Assembly: GCA_963844715.1 (NCBI GenBank)
Contig: CAWJPJ010000004.1
Location: 1-64,000 of the forward strand
Source of the DNA: an uncultured Phycisphaerales bacterium
GTDB taxonomy: Bacteria > Planctomycetota > Phycisphaerae > Tepidisphaerales > Tepidisphaeraceae
DNA: 64,000 bases
Direction: 5' to 3'
Part shown: positions 44,102 to 54,470 of the stretch, piece after piece
How positions within the stretch are numbered: the first letter of the stretch is position 1
Layout: the number at the start of each line of letters is the position of its first letter
The notes under the pieces: model-generated
What the model was told of the DNA's origin: nothing
The model's database searches: none
What the model saw: only the letters and a program-made list of their open reading frames with translations
Made by a program: the position numbers and the translations under genes

Positions 44102-44974
44102 TTACTCCTTGAGAAAATCCGGCGTTTTTCCGATGCAAATGGCGCGAATCGTTCGCAGGACCTGCGAGATCGGGCCAATATCGTGGACACGGACGACCGA
44201 AGCGCCGTTAGCGACCGAATAAGCGACAGCGGCGGCGGTGCCGAAAATCCGCCGCTGTGGGTCCGGTTCATTGAGAATCCGCCCGATAAACTTCTTTCTG
44301 CTGACTCCGACGACGAGCGGATGGCCGAGTGCCGCCAAGCGCGAGGTGTCGCGCAACAGTTGCAGGTCTTGCGGCGACGTTTTTGGCAAATCCGATTCCC
44401 GGATCGAGGAGAATGTGGCGCCGGGGAATTCCGGCTGCTACCGCCGCGTCCCGCCGCTCGATGAGGAACTGGGCAACTTCGGCGGTGACGTCCGCGTAAA
44501 CCGTGTCATTTTGCATAGTGGCGGGGGTTCCGCGCATATGCATCAGGATCATCGGCTGCGCCGGGCGGAAGTTAGCGGAAACATCTGTGCGTCAAACCGT
44601 CCGGCGGAAATGTCATTGACCACATCCGCGCCGGCATCGAGCGCGGCGGCGGCGGCGGAGGCGCTGGTTGTGTCGATCGAGATCAGTGTGGCCGAGCGTT
44701 TTCGAATCAGGCGGATGACGGGAATCGTGCGCCTGATCTGCTCATCGGCAGGGACGGGGAGCGCTCCGGGACGGGTCGACTCGCCGCCGACGTCGATCCA
44801 GTCCGCTCCTTCGGCGATGAGGGCGAGGGCGCGGTCGGCGGCGGCTTCGGGGATGGGGAATTGTCCCCCGTCGCTGAAACTATCGGGTGTAACGTTTATG
44901 ACGCCCATGAGGAGGGGCGCTCGGGCCATTTCGGCCGTTTGGGCAAGCCAATTGTTAAATTCCGCTAAATTCAC
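44102..44974 (-). CDS. folP: Dihydropteroate synthase (frameshifts)
   Basis: MGVINVTPDSFSDGG, GGESTRPG, LDPGIGFAK, GVSRK, RVHD. Confidence 0.95.
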
Positions 44975-45047
44975 GTTTTTTTTCGGCCGATAATGTTAAG
45001 GTTGTGTAAAGATCGGCTATAATCCCATAGTCTTTTGAAGGTTAAGG

Positions 45048-45230
45048 ATGTTTTCGGATCTGTTTCATCGGTTTATTTACTACAGCGCTGTCTTGACGGT
45101 GGTTGCGACGGTATGGGTTTCCGCCTGGTCGAAGGCGTTGATGGAAGAGGCGAATATCGGGACGTGGCCGCCCTTGCAGCCGCACCTGGAAATGGTCTCC
45201 CACAGCGCCGCCCCTGCGGTCATGCCGTGA
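45048..45230 (+). CDS. Small single-TM hypothetical protein (60 aa)
   Basis: TATAAT at 45018-45023, AAGG upstream of the ATG, hydrophobic segment FIYYSAVLTVVATVWV. Confidence 0.45.
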   Translation: MFSDLFHRFIYYSAVLTVVATVWVSAWSKALMEEANIGTWPPLQPHLEMVSHSAAPAVMP

Positions 45231-45275
45231 GCTAAACCAGGATTCCGCGCTACAGAGTTTCGACCCAAGACGCGG

Positions 45276-45725
45276 TTATTCGACCAGATTCTTCTCGAAC
45301 ACAACGAGGTTGTCGGCGTGGGTCGAATCCCATCGCAGCCCGACAATGTCATATCCCATTGAAATGGCGAAATGAATGAACTCGCGCTGGTGGTTCATAC
45401 ATTCGCAACGGACGTATTCGTAGCCGTGGTCCTTGGCCCATGCCTGCTGGGCTTCCTGGAGTTGGCGCCCCACGCCGTGCCGCCGAACCTCGGGCAAAAC
45501 CGCCCCCATCCAGTGGTAAAACATCCCGGGCTTGAGTTCAAACCCGATCCAGAACCCAACCGGCTTGTTGTCCATGCGTGCGATCAATGTCAGGGTGTTG
45601 TAACGCCCCATGAAGCGGCGTTTGAAAAAATCGACCTCCCGTTTGGGCCGGAAGATGGAGTTGTATAGCTCCACAGCCCGGGGGAGCATTTTTTCATCCG
45701 CGATGTCGATGTCAGCCTGAGCCAC
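45276..45725 (-). CDS. GNAT-family N-acetyltransferase
   Basis: VLPEVRRHGVGRQL acetyl-CoA motif; GGAGG RBS. Confidence 0.9.
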   Translation of the reverse strand: MAQADIDIADEKMLPRAVELYNSIFRPKREVDFFKRRFMGRYNTLTLIARMDNKPVGFWIGFELKPGMFYHWMGAVLPEVRRHGVGRQLQEAQQAWAKDHGYEYVRCECMNHQREFIHFAISMGYDIVGLRWDSTHADNLVVFEKNLVE

Positions 45726-45826
45726 GAACGCAAACCTCCTTGAGGAGATTGGTCACACGATTGGGTTGATTGTAACGCGGCCGACGCGGGAAGTCACACG
45801 CAGCGAAAAGGGGTGGTTTTTGATTG

Positions 45827-45941
45827 AACCGCCAAGGCGCCAAGATCGCCAAGTTAAATCCGCCAAGCAATCTCGAGAACTTATAATTCAATTCTTCTTT
45901 CTTGGCGTTTTGATCTTGGCGTTCTTGGCGCCTTGGCGGTT
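45827..45941. repeat. Palindromic element built from CGCCAAG units (x4 / CTTGGCG x4)
   Basis: aaccgccaaggcgccaagatcgccaag...cgccaag, spacer, cttggcg...cttggcgttcttggcgccttggcggtt; begins at the pgsA stop codon. Confidence 0.82.
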
Positions 45942-46612
45942 TAACCACTCTTCGATTTTAGACCGGCGAAGTAAAGGCGGATGGCGTGGCGGATGTAGAG
46001 GAGGCCGCTGATGACGGTGATGGCAAGTGTGGCCCAAATGCAGAAATCGCGGAAATGGCGGAAGTCGACTTCGCCGTCGGTGGTGAATCGATCGCGATAG
46101 TTGACGTAGAGAAGGATGACCAGGATGGTCGCGGATTGGAAGGCCATTTTGAGTTTTCCGGAGAATTGCGCGCCGAAGGCTTGGCCGCCGCTTTCGCTGG
46201 AGCCGCGGAGGCTGGTGACGAGCAGTTCTCGGGCGAGGATGACGACGACCATCCACGGGACGACGCCGGTGATGGTGGTGACGTTCGAGGGGGTCTCGCC
46301 GGGGTTCTGCCAGGGGATGGTGAAATTCTTGCCGGCGAAAAAGATGAAACTTCCCAAGACGAGAACTTTATCGACGAACGGATCGACGACACGGCCGAAG
46401 GCGCCCTCGGCTTTCCAGCGGCGGGCGAGATACCCGTCGAGAAAATCCGTAATCAGCGCGACGATGTAAATGAAAAAGGCGATGTTGAGCCAGACGACGT
46501 CGCCGTGGCGGCCCATGGGGCTTTCGTTTTGGTAATAGGAGAGCATGCCGAAGAAAACGAAGGCCAGCACAAGGCGCGAGGCGGTGAGTGCGTTGGGGAT
46601 ATGGCGGAACAT
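45941..46612 (-). CDS. pgsA: CDP-alcohol phosphatidyltransferase (PgsA)
   Basis: IPNALTASR, DFLDGYLAR...FGRVVDPFVDK, GKLKM. Confidence 0.9.
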   Translation of the reverse strand: MFRHIPNALTASRLVLAFVFFGMLSYYQNESPMGRHGDVVWLNIAFFIYIVALITDFLDGYLARRWKAEGAFGRVVDPFVDKVLVLGSFIFFAGKNFTIPWQNPGETPSNVTTITGVVPWMVVVILARELLVTSLRGSSESGGQAFGAQFSGKLKMAFQSATILVILLYVNYRDRFTTDGEVDFRHFRDFCIWATLAITVISGLLYIRHAIRLYFAGLKSKSG

Positions 46613-46669
46613 TTGCTGTGAAAATTGTAGAGACACTGAGCGGCGGGGCAAATGGGGGAACGTGACGAG

Positions 46670-48173
46670 TTATTTCGACTCGCGGCGGCGATAGACGAAA
46701 TAACGGCCTTCGCGGGTGACGAGGACGTATCCGTCGAGGACACGGTCGATGACTTCGCCGTCGAAAGTGCGGGGGAGCCTGAGGGCTTCGGGGCCGCCGA
46801 GGGGGGATAGGACGACGGCGCGGAATTCGCGCGCGGCCAGTGCATTCCAGAATTGCTTGCCGAGCGCGGGGTCGCGCTCGGTGAGGGCGCGGAACATGAA
46901 TGAGTCGCCGAGGTATGGGCGCTCGCCCGCCAGCAGGGGAAGTAGGGGGTCGTCGGAGAGCAGCGGGCCGGGACCCTGGTTCTGAACCATTGCCATGACC
47001 GCGGCCAGGTGCTCTTTGCGCGCTTCACGATCGATTTTGGAGACTTCTGTCAGGCAGGAAACAGCCGCGGCGAGCGAGAGCGCCACGGCGGCGGTGGCGA
47101 CGACCCAGCGCCCGGACGACTGGCGATGAAGCGCGACGGCGACGCATAGGACCGAGGCGAGTTGAAGATCGATGAGGTGATTGATGTCGGTGCCGGGGGA
47201 GGCGTAGATGGCGAGCGTGCCGAGAGTCGTCATGAGCAGAAGCAGGGCAGGCAGCGATTTGAACTGGCGGCCGACGGCGATTGTCGTGACGGCGAGCACG
47301 GCAAATCCAGCCGCGCCGGGGTCGAAGCGGCACAGCTCGCCGGAGAAGATAATCGGGGCCTGGAGAAGCGAGGCGGCGTCTCCGCCGCCGGCGGCGCAGG
47401 CGGAGATAACTCCGAACATGCGTCCTTGGCTGAGGAATTGAAACAGAAAGGCCAGCGCTAGAACGAAAAGAGCGTAGAAGAATCCCAATTGGACGGCGAC
47501 GCGGAATCGTCGTTGGGAGAGGAGCCAGAGAATCGAGGCGCTGATTCCGAAAAGGCTGGTGAGCTTCGTCGCCATTGCCAGGGCGAAGCAGGCGGCCGCA
47601 ATCAGGATCCACGAATGGCGGCGTTGCTCGGGTTCGATGCGGGTTACGGCGACGAGTCCCCAGAGGCTGAAGGCGGAGGCGAGGGGTTCGGACATACCGC
47701 CGAAGATTCCGATTCGCGCAGGCGGCGGAGAGGGTGAGGCAGGTCATTAAAGCCGCCATGGCGCGGGAAAGCCCGAAGCGGCGTATCAAGGCGTAACAAC
47801 CGGCGAGCATGAAAAGGGTCGAGACGGCGCTGACGATCATGGCGCTGCCGATCGTGCCGAGCGGCGTCCATTTCAGGATGGCGGCTTGAAAGAGGGTGCG
47901 CAGGGGGGCGTAGCGGGTGCCGCCGTAGCCGGAATCGGAGATCAGAGGCCGATAGAGGATGCCGTGCTCGGCGTCGAAGGCGTTTGCGGCCCAAGCGCCG
48001 ACGGTGGGATTAATGTCTCCATAATGGCGGAGGGAGGCGGCCTCCCGCAAGAAGCAGCAAGTTAACAGGACGAATGCAGCGCCGAACATGATCCCAAGCC
48101 CGACACGGCTATCTGAGGCGTGGCGGCGCGTGGGCGCGGATACAGATATCGGACTTTGATGTAGCGCGGTCAC
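46670..48173 (-). CDS. Polytopic membrane protein, possibly a GT-C (ArnT/PMT-like) glycosyltransferase (frameshift near 47710)
   Basis: About 11 hydrophobic segments, LYRP...GGTRYAPL loop, ATK motif; start uncertain. Confidence 0.6.
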
Positions 48174-48419
48174 AATTAGAGGTATCGGCACGAAGCTGGA
48201 GCGAGAAAAGAGGCCTCCGCCTGTCCGAGCGAAAGCAAAATTATTTGCGTTTTGGTCCGAAGCCGGGCGAACGCGCATAATTTCGATCGGCCGTCGTTGT
48301 TTCGTGTGCCGGTGGTCGATATAATTCCCACAGGAATCACCCCCGTAGGGCATTTGCGATAATCCGTTCGCCGGTGCAGAACCACAGGGCCTCCTGGAAT
48401 CCGTTGTAAGGAGGCTATT

Positions 48420-49597
48420 ATGTCAGACCCAGCCCCAGAATCTGTAATTGCGAGCACTCCAGCCATGGCCGTCGCGGTCAGCGATGACGCGCCAAAGTGT
48501 AAATTCAACGGCAGCGATCGGTTCATCCGCGAGTTAAGGAAGCGCGTGGACGCCTATTTTGAGCGAACCGGGCATAGCCGCCGCGACTGCCCGCAGATGT
48601 ATTTCAAGACCGCAACGATTCTCGCCTGGTTCTTCGGGTCTTATTTGCTGCTGCTCTTCGTCGCCACGAGTTGGTGGACGGTGGTTCCGCTCACGGTGGT
48701 TTTGGGTTTGTCGATTGCCGCGATCGGGTTCAACATTCAGCATGATGGCGGGCACCGGGCCTATTCGAATCACCAGTGGGTCAACAAGATCATGGCCCTG
48801 TCACTGGACATGATGGGCGGCAGTTCCTACATGTGGGATTGGAAGCACAACGCGATCCATCACACGTATCCGAACGTCGATGGGCAGGACGACGATATCA
48901 ACCTTGGATTCCTGGGCGCCTTTCCCCGCAACAGCGGCGGCTTAAATTCCATCGCTATCAAGGGATTTACCTTTGGTTCCTGTATGGATTCCTGGCGATC
49001 AAGTGGCACCTGCTAGACGACTTTTATCAAGTCTCGATCGGGCGCATCGGCCAGCACAAGATTCCGCGGCCGAAGGGAAAAGACCTGGCGGTATTCATCA
49101 CCGGCAAGGTTGTGTTCACTTCCATGGCGTTTGTAATCCCGATGATGATGCATCGCTGGTGGGCGGTGCTATTTGTCTATGTCGGGGCGGCTTTCGTGAG
49201 CGGCGTCGTACTGAGCGTGGTATTCCAATTAGCTCATTGCGTCGGCGAGGCGAGTTTCCCGGTTCCGGTGCATGTTTCGGAAGGAACTGACCGAATTGAG
49301 ACAGATTGGGCCGTGCACCAGGTGCAGACCACGGTCGATTTCGCCAGAGGCAACCGGGTGCTTTGCTGGTTCCTTGGCGGGCTCAATTTCCAGATTGAGC
49401 ATCACCTGTTCCACAAGATTTGCCACATTCACTATCCGGCGCTGTCGAAGCTGGTTGAAGAGGCGTGCCACGATTTCGGCCTGCAATATGCCGAGCACAA
49501 GACGCTCGTATCGGCGATCGGGTCGCACTTTAGATGGCTGGTGGAGATGGGGCGGCCGGTTGCGATGGCGGATCAGCTTCCCGGGGCTGGGGCTTAA
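48420..49597 (+). CDS. Fatty acid (acyl-CoA/lipid) desaturase (frameshift near 48920)
   Basis: His boxes HDGGH, HNAIHH, QIEHH; GGLNFQ. Confidence 0.93.
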
Positions 49598-49640
49598 CGG
49601 GGATATGCCATATGAGCGGCGACGCGCGTATTCTTGGCGA

Positions 49641-50210
49641 TTAACTCGCCGTCTTCCACTGCGTCGAGGCCAGATCAGCCAGGGCTTCAACGAGACTAAC
49701 GTGAGCGCCGTCCGGATCGTTGGCCGGCAGGGTTAGCTTCATTGCTTTGCGATTCCATCCCGTCATGTGTTTCACGAAATCGGGCGGATTGGTGGGGGTG
49801 TTCGCGTCCATCTGCTCGATGGTGAGCACTTCCTTGGGCGCGCTAGCCGGTGAATAATTTGAACCGGTCTTAACCAGCAGTTTCTTGCTTACCGCTTTGG
49901 ACAGGACATTGGGCAGATAAACGTTGATGAACCCGTCGGAGTTGTCCTCGAGGGCGAAGACCTGCATTCGATATTTTCCATCGGCGATAAAAAACCGGAC
50001 GACCTGCAAGCCGACGGTGGCGGCGATCGGCGCCAGCGCTCCGAGCTTTGCCATGAGGCGACGCCAGATTGTCCCATGCGCGGCATTGGGTTCCGCGTCG
50101 CAAACCGCCAGATGTTTCTCCATGTTGGCGCGATCGTGCGCGCCGGTCTGAGCCATTAAAGTCGTCAGCCGAGTCTCGATATCCATTTCTTGAGGCAATT
50201 TGACGGGCAT
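49641..50210 (-). CDS. Hypothetical protein
   Basis: Intact 189-aa ORF with GGAG RBS; FFIADGKYRMQVFALED and HMTGWNRKA motifs; no family recognised. Confidence 0.7.
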   Translation of the reverse strand: MPVKLPQEMDIETRLTTLMAQTGAHDRANMEKHLAVCDAEPNAAHGTIWRRLMAKLGALAPIAATVGLQVVRFFIADGKYRMQVFALEDNSDGFINVYLPNVLSKAVSKKLLVKTGSNYSPASAPKEVLTIEQMDANTPTNPPDFVKHMTGWNRKAMKLTLPANDPDGAHVSLVEALADLASTQWKTAS

Positions 50211-50221
50211 GGAATCTCCGT

Positions 50222-50273
50222 AAGAAAAACACAATGCGATCGGCCGCCGGCGTCATGGCTGGCGGCCGATCGC
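50222..50273 (-). terminator. Intrinsic terminator after the RRM gene
   Basis: gcgatcggccgcc stem (50236-50273) followed by a T-rich tract on the minus strand. Confidence 0.65.
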
Positions 50274-50310
50274 TGTGAATATCAAATCCGGCCGGGGGTT
50301 TCAGCGCCGA

Positions 50311-50670
50311 TTAGTATCGGCTGCGGCCGAAACCGCCACCACCGCCACCACTCTTGCCGCGTGCACCGCCGCCACCGCCGCGGCCACCGCCGCCGCCGCC
50401 GAATCCGCCACGGGGGCGTTCTTCGCGGGGCTTGGCTTCGTTGACGGTGAGGGCGCGGCCGCCGACTTCCTGGCCGTTGAGCGCGGCGATGGCGGCCTTG
50501 GCCTCATCTTCCGAGCCCATCTCGACAAATCCGAAGCCCTTGCTGCGACCGGTATCCCGATCCGCAATGACTTCGGCGCTCTGCACTTTGCCGTGCGGAG
50601 TAAACATCTGTTCCAATTCCGAACCTGTAACGTTGTAGCTCAGGTTCCCGACGTATAACTTGTTTCCCAT
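50311..50670 (-). CDS. RNA-binding protein (RRM) with glycine-rich tail
   Basis: RNP2 LYVGNL, RNP1 KGFGFVEM, GGGGRGG tail. Confidence 0.96.
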   Translation of the reverse strand: MGNKLYVGNLSYNVTGSELEQMFTPHGKVQSAEVIADRDTGRSKGFGFVEMGSEDEAKAAIAALNGQEVGGRALTVNEAKPREERPRGGFGGGGGGRGGGGGARGKSGGGGGGFGRSRY

Positions 50671-50841
50671 GGACCTTTTCCTATTGGGGCTTTAGTGCGC
50701 CGACTGTTCATTTTCCGCGGCGCGAGAGAAATTAGGCCAAAACGGCCCGTTGGTAGGAAAGCGAGGGAGAGACAGGAACGGGAACTGAATCACTTACAGC
50801 GCTCGTACCGGGAGACTCGGTCGTCTACTTACCAGAGTAGC

Positions 50842-50870
50842 ATTATAGCAGGGGGGAGGAGTTGAGTCTA
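50842..50870 (-). promoter_or_regulatory. Sigma70 promoter of the RRM gene
   Basis: TAGACT, 17 bp, TATAAT with TG extension. Confidence 0.65.
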
Positions 50871-50887
50871 TGGGGGCCGGCGGGGCT

Positions 50888-51012
50888 TCAAAACGGGGCG
50901 CAAAGTTGCGCCAGCATCTTGAATTCCTGCTCAAGCTCTGCGAGCCCGTTTGCGAACGCGTCCGCGGGCATGGCCGGCCGCTTTTCGAGCGTCATGACGA
51001 AGACGGAACCGC
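50888..51012 (-). pseudogene. C-terminal remnant of an SRPBCC/polyketide cyclase-like gene
   Basis: GGSVFVMTLEKRPAMPADAFANGLAELEQEFKMLAQL resembles the SRPBCC terminal strand and helix; no 5' part present. Confidence 0.4.
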
Positions 51013-51422
51013 CTAAAGTTTCTTCTGGGCGCCGGGGAACCACTCGGTATGGATGTCGCCTTCGCGCCGAAATACTGGACGCGCTTGCCGGTGATTTGGA
51101 CGAAGTAGCCGACGCATCCGGCGGCCAGGACCTGGCGGGTGAACTGCGGGTACATGATTTCACCGCGCTGCGCCTGCCGGACCGCGGCCTCGACGGCGGC
51201 GGGCGAGAATTCCTGGGCGATCGGCATCGGTTCGTGGTGCATCGGCACGACGATTGAGCCGCCGTGGGGGGCGTAGTAGGTGTTTTCCATTCGGCTGTAA
51301 TCGGCGTGGTATCGCTCGATGCCGGCCTTCATGAGGCGGCCGACGACCTCGCCGAAATGAATCTTTCCGGCGGCCGACAACTCGGCAACTTCCTTCGCAA
51401 CTTTCATCTGTTCGTCAGTCAT
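51013..51422 (-). CDS. DUF1398-family protein (frameshift near 51063)
   Basis: FGEVVGRLMKAGIERYHAD, AQRGEIMYPQF, AGCVGYFV, YFG. Confidence 0.82.
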
Positions 51423-51455
51423 GGCAGTCTCCTTCGAGTAAGAGGTTTGAAGCAG

Positions 51456-51911
51456 TCAACCAATTGGAACGTCGATCCATTCATGGCGGTTCACAATATC
51501 CCTGAGCAATCGGACGAGATCGGCTCGCGCCTCGCCCGGCAGATGTCCGAAGAACTCGTCATCGTTCTTGTCGGCCAGGCGGGCCAGGGCGGGAACCAGC
51601 TTTTCGCCCTTCGCGGTCAGCGAGACGCTCTGATATCGACGGTCGCCGCTGGAGGCGGTTCGTCGACCGAGGCCCTTGGCGCACAGGCGATCGACGAGCT
51701 TGGAGATCGCCCCGCGCGTCATACCCATTTGCTGGGCCAATTGGCTCGGGTTCGCCGGACCCATCGCGAACATCTGCCGCATGGCTGCCCACTCGGCTAC
51801 CGTGACGCCCCGCGCTTCCACCTTCGTCATGAACGCATGGGAGACGTGGTTCGAGACGAACCGCATCCAATAGCCGATGTGTTTCGTCAATTCGCTGATT
51901 TCCTTTTTCAT
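51456..51911 (-). CDS. MarR-family transcriptional regulator
   Basis: HIGYWMRFVSNHVS, TRGAISKLVDRL, DRRYQSVSLTAKG. Confidence 0.93.
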   Translation of the reverse strand: MKKEISELTKHIGYWMRFVSNHVSHAFMTKVEARGVTVAEWAAMRQMFAMGPANPSQLAQQMGMTRGAISKLVDRLCAKGLGRRTASSGDRRYQSVSLTAKGEKLVPALARLADKNDDEFFGHLPGEARADLVRLLRDIVNRHEWIDVPIG

Positions 51912-52159
51912 CTGTGTTTTTCCTGTCACGATGTCGGTAGCTCGGATCCAGCACTCCGGCCGCACCTTCAAAACGACTTTCGGTGGTCCGCGGTGGGGAG
52001 GCGTTCAATTGATTTCCTAGAAAACTATATCGGTGTAATCGCCATGTGTCAACAAGAAAATTTTGTTGATTAGGGTGGTGGCAATGAATCCCGGAACGAA
52101 AGTGAAGGAGAGTGAGAAAGTAGGCCCGTTCCCGCGCCGGCTCGCCATTGGCCGCGGCG

Positions 52160-52207
52160 AATGGAGCCAGCGGGGACTCTAATAGAACTCGCAATCAAGC
52201 TTTCGAG
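52160..52207 (+). repeat. att-like hyphenated direct repeat, copy A
   Basis: aatggagccagc-N10-atagaactcgca...tttcgag; the reverse complement resembles a tRNA-Ala 3' end. Confidence 0.7.
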
Positions 52208-52413
52208 TGCATTTCGCGGATTCCGCGGCAATTTGGCCGAAATCGTAGTTCACTATGCTGGTCTGAGAGCGACGGATACGCCCTCGGCGCTGATAACCGG
52301 CCTCGCCGTGGTGCCGGATTGACCTGCGTCGCCTTACTCGGATGCGCGGGGAATGCTGCCAGGCGGGAGAGCAACCGTCCCAGAGACATCGGTCGTCGAA
52401 TGAGCAAACCTTG

Positions 52414-52983
52414 CTAATACTTCAGCGGGGGCCCCACCACTTCCATCCCATGCGCCTCAAATAACCGCTTCAGCGCAGTCTGCTGTTTCTCGGGATTTCC
52501 CTTTCCCATCTTGCTCAGTTGAAGAAAAAATTTCTCCATGCTGCCGGCAGGTTGATAGAGCAACAGCATTTGGCCCTCGCCCTCGCTGATCATGGCGTAG
52601 GCGTGCGGAATCTTCCGTGGCGCAAATGCCGAATCTCCCGGATGTAAAGTGAAGGAAACGTCGCCGACCCGAACGATGAATTCGCCGCGGATCACATAAA
52701 ACCATTCGTCCTGGGAATGATGGCGATGCAAAGCAGGTCCGCCTTTTGACAATCGTATTGTATCGTAGACGCACAGTGCGCCATTGGTATCCCGCCCCGA
52801 AATCTTGAGATCTATTTGCCCGCCCATGATCAGCGGTTCTTGCGAATACCGGTTCTCTTGTGCCGGAACCAGGAAGCCTTCGCCGGCGCCCTCCCGACTC
52901 ACCTCCTCACCCTCCGCGATTCGATCAGTCGCGGCAGACGCCGCAGCTGTCGAAGGAAACTTCGGAAAGTTTCGCCGTTTCAT
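52414..52983 (-). CDS. Cupin-domain protein (quercetin dioxygenase-like) with degenerate Tat signal
   Basis: GPALHRHHSQDEWFYV..GE and PRKIPHAY; MKRRNF start. Confidence 0.88.
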   Translation of the reverse strand: MKRRNFPKFPSTAAASAATDRIAEGEEVSREGAGEGFLVPAQENRYSQEPLIMGGQIDLKISGRDTNGALCVYDTIRLSKGGPALHRHHSQDEWFYVIRGEFIVRVGDVSFTLHPGDSAFAPRKIPHAYAMISEGEGQMLLLYQPAGSMEKFFLQLSKMGKGNPEKQQTALKRLFEAHGMEVVGPPLKY

Positions 52984-53190
52984 AGAGGCTGGTTTGTATG
53001 CTGAAGGGACCGACTCCGCAAATCCCGCGAGGATTTTTCCACTTAGAAGGCGGTGCCTTGGGCGGCGGATCATGCCTTTAGCGGATCTCAGTTCACGCGA
53101 TTGCACAGTATTCAGCCGCGCTGATTTTCCGAATGAAAGTTTTCCATCGGACGATGCAATAAAGCGGGGGATGCTCCGCGCAGCAAGTCA

Positions 53191-53236
53191 AATGGAGCCA
53201 GCAGGCCACCGATAGAACTCGCAGCCGCATTTCGAG
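53191..53236 (+). repeat. att-like hyphenated direct repeat, copy B
   Basis: aatggagccagc-N9-atagaactcgca...tttcgag; both 12-bp arms identical to copy A. Confidence 0.7.
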
Positions 53237-53268
53237 ATGCCTCGGGACAGATGCCTCGGGACAGTCAC

Positions 53269-53406
53269 CTATTTCCGATTGTCTAATCCGTTGATGAGGC
53301 CGGAAAGCATTTTGGAAATCTCCTCAAGATCGCTCTTCAGGGCATCGTGATCAGCTTTTTGGATTAATCCGCGCCGTCCGCACCGGTCCAGAGGTGGAAT
53401 GCACAT
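53269..53406 (-). pseudogene. Four-helix-bundle protein (IVS/TIGR02436-like) C-terminal remnant
   Basis: Hand translation CIPPLDRCGRRGLIQKADHDALKSDLEEISKMLSGLINGLDNRK; flanked by 14-bp inverted repeats. Confidence 0.6.
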
Positions 53407-53479
53407 AGAAGCGTTCGCTCAGGTTTTCCGGGCATTTTCGTACACATCAAAACGCAGAACAATTTGGAAATTGGTGACT

Positions 53480-54100
53480 ATGGATGACAACAATCCGAAC
53501 TACCAAACGTATCTTCTGCCCCCCGGAAAAATCAGTTCTTCCCCGGCTTGTGGCCAATAGGTCTCGCGATGGCATCGAGGGTGCCCTGGTTGGGTGACAG
53601 GTCCGTCACAGCCGCGATAATTTTTGTTTCCTTAGGCATGGCCAGTGTCGACCTTACCGGCTTATGGTTAACCGGAGAGAGGAGATATCTTGTCTGCGGC
53701 CTTGCCACCTTCTATCTGCTGCTCTGCGGCCAGTCGGCTTTAAATGGCGGATGGAAATACACTGTTCAGCACTATTCAATTATCCGCAAGCTCTTCGCCG
53801 TTCCCGCTGACGCACAAACACTGGATGTGTTCTTCAAACGCGCGATGGCTACCAAGAGACAACTGACTTATGCACTGCCGATTAGCGTTCTTGGGACAAT
53901 CATCTTCATTGTGATTTTCCGCAGTAATGGCCTTTCCTACGTTGTTGGCGCACCAGTCTGCTTTATTGTTTTTCTGGTCGTAGGAAACGGGCTCTACTTC
54001 GCAACCATAGCCCCCGGCATCACACAAGCGCTGTCATGTGCAAAACTGCAACTCGATTACATGAATCCCGCCGGCACCGTAGCAGTTGCAACCCTATCGC
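53480..54100 (+). pseudogene. Truncated multi-TM hypothetical membrane protein
   Basis: Four hydrophobic segments; the frame runs into the recombinase remnant near 54105. Confidence 0.45.
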
Positions 54101-54104
54101 GAAT

Positions 54105-54470
54105 GCGGGAGCATTCACCGCCGCAGAGTTCCGCAAACGCAAGGAGGAAACCCTCAACCGTAAGCGAAAACTCCTCGATGACCTGGCTGCCCTTGACCGG
54201 GACGACGTGCAGCGGTTCGAACCGCTAAAACGGTTCGTAACTAGCTCAAAGCAAATGAAATACGTCGCGGAAGTCGCCGACCCCAAAGAGCTACGAGCCA
54301 AACTTGAAGATGTCGGTTCCAACCTCACGGTTCGGGACCGGAAGCTCCACGTCGAGCCACGCGGAGCGTGGCAACTCGTTGTAGATCAAGGTTCTTTTGC
54401 CCAACCCAACGCCGCGACGGAAATTTCCGTCGCGGCGTTTGTTGGTGAAACTCGCCTTTATCCAACAGAG
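54105..54470 (+). pseudogene. C-terminal remnant of a large serine recombinase pointing into the tRNA 3' end
   Basis: Coiled coil EFRKRKEETL..., then ELRAKLEDVGSNLTVRDRKL; the ORF reads into the tRNA antisense (WSDGESNP); no catalytic N-terminus. Confidence 0.65.

Noticed and set aside
53269..53479. Diversity-generating retroelement (four-helix bundle as Avd)
   Set aside because: No reverse transcriptase and no TR/VR pair with adenine-specific mismatches in the window
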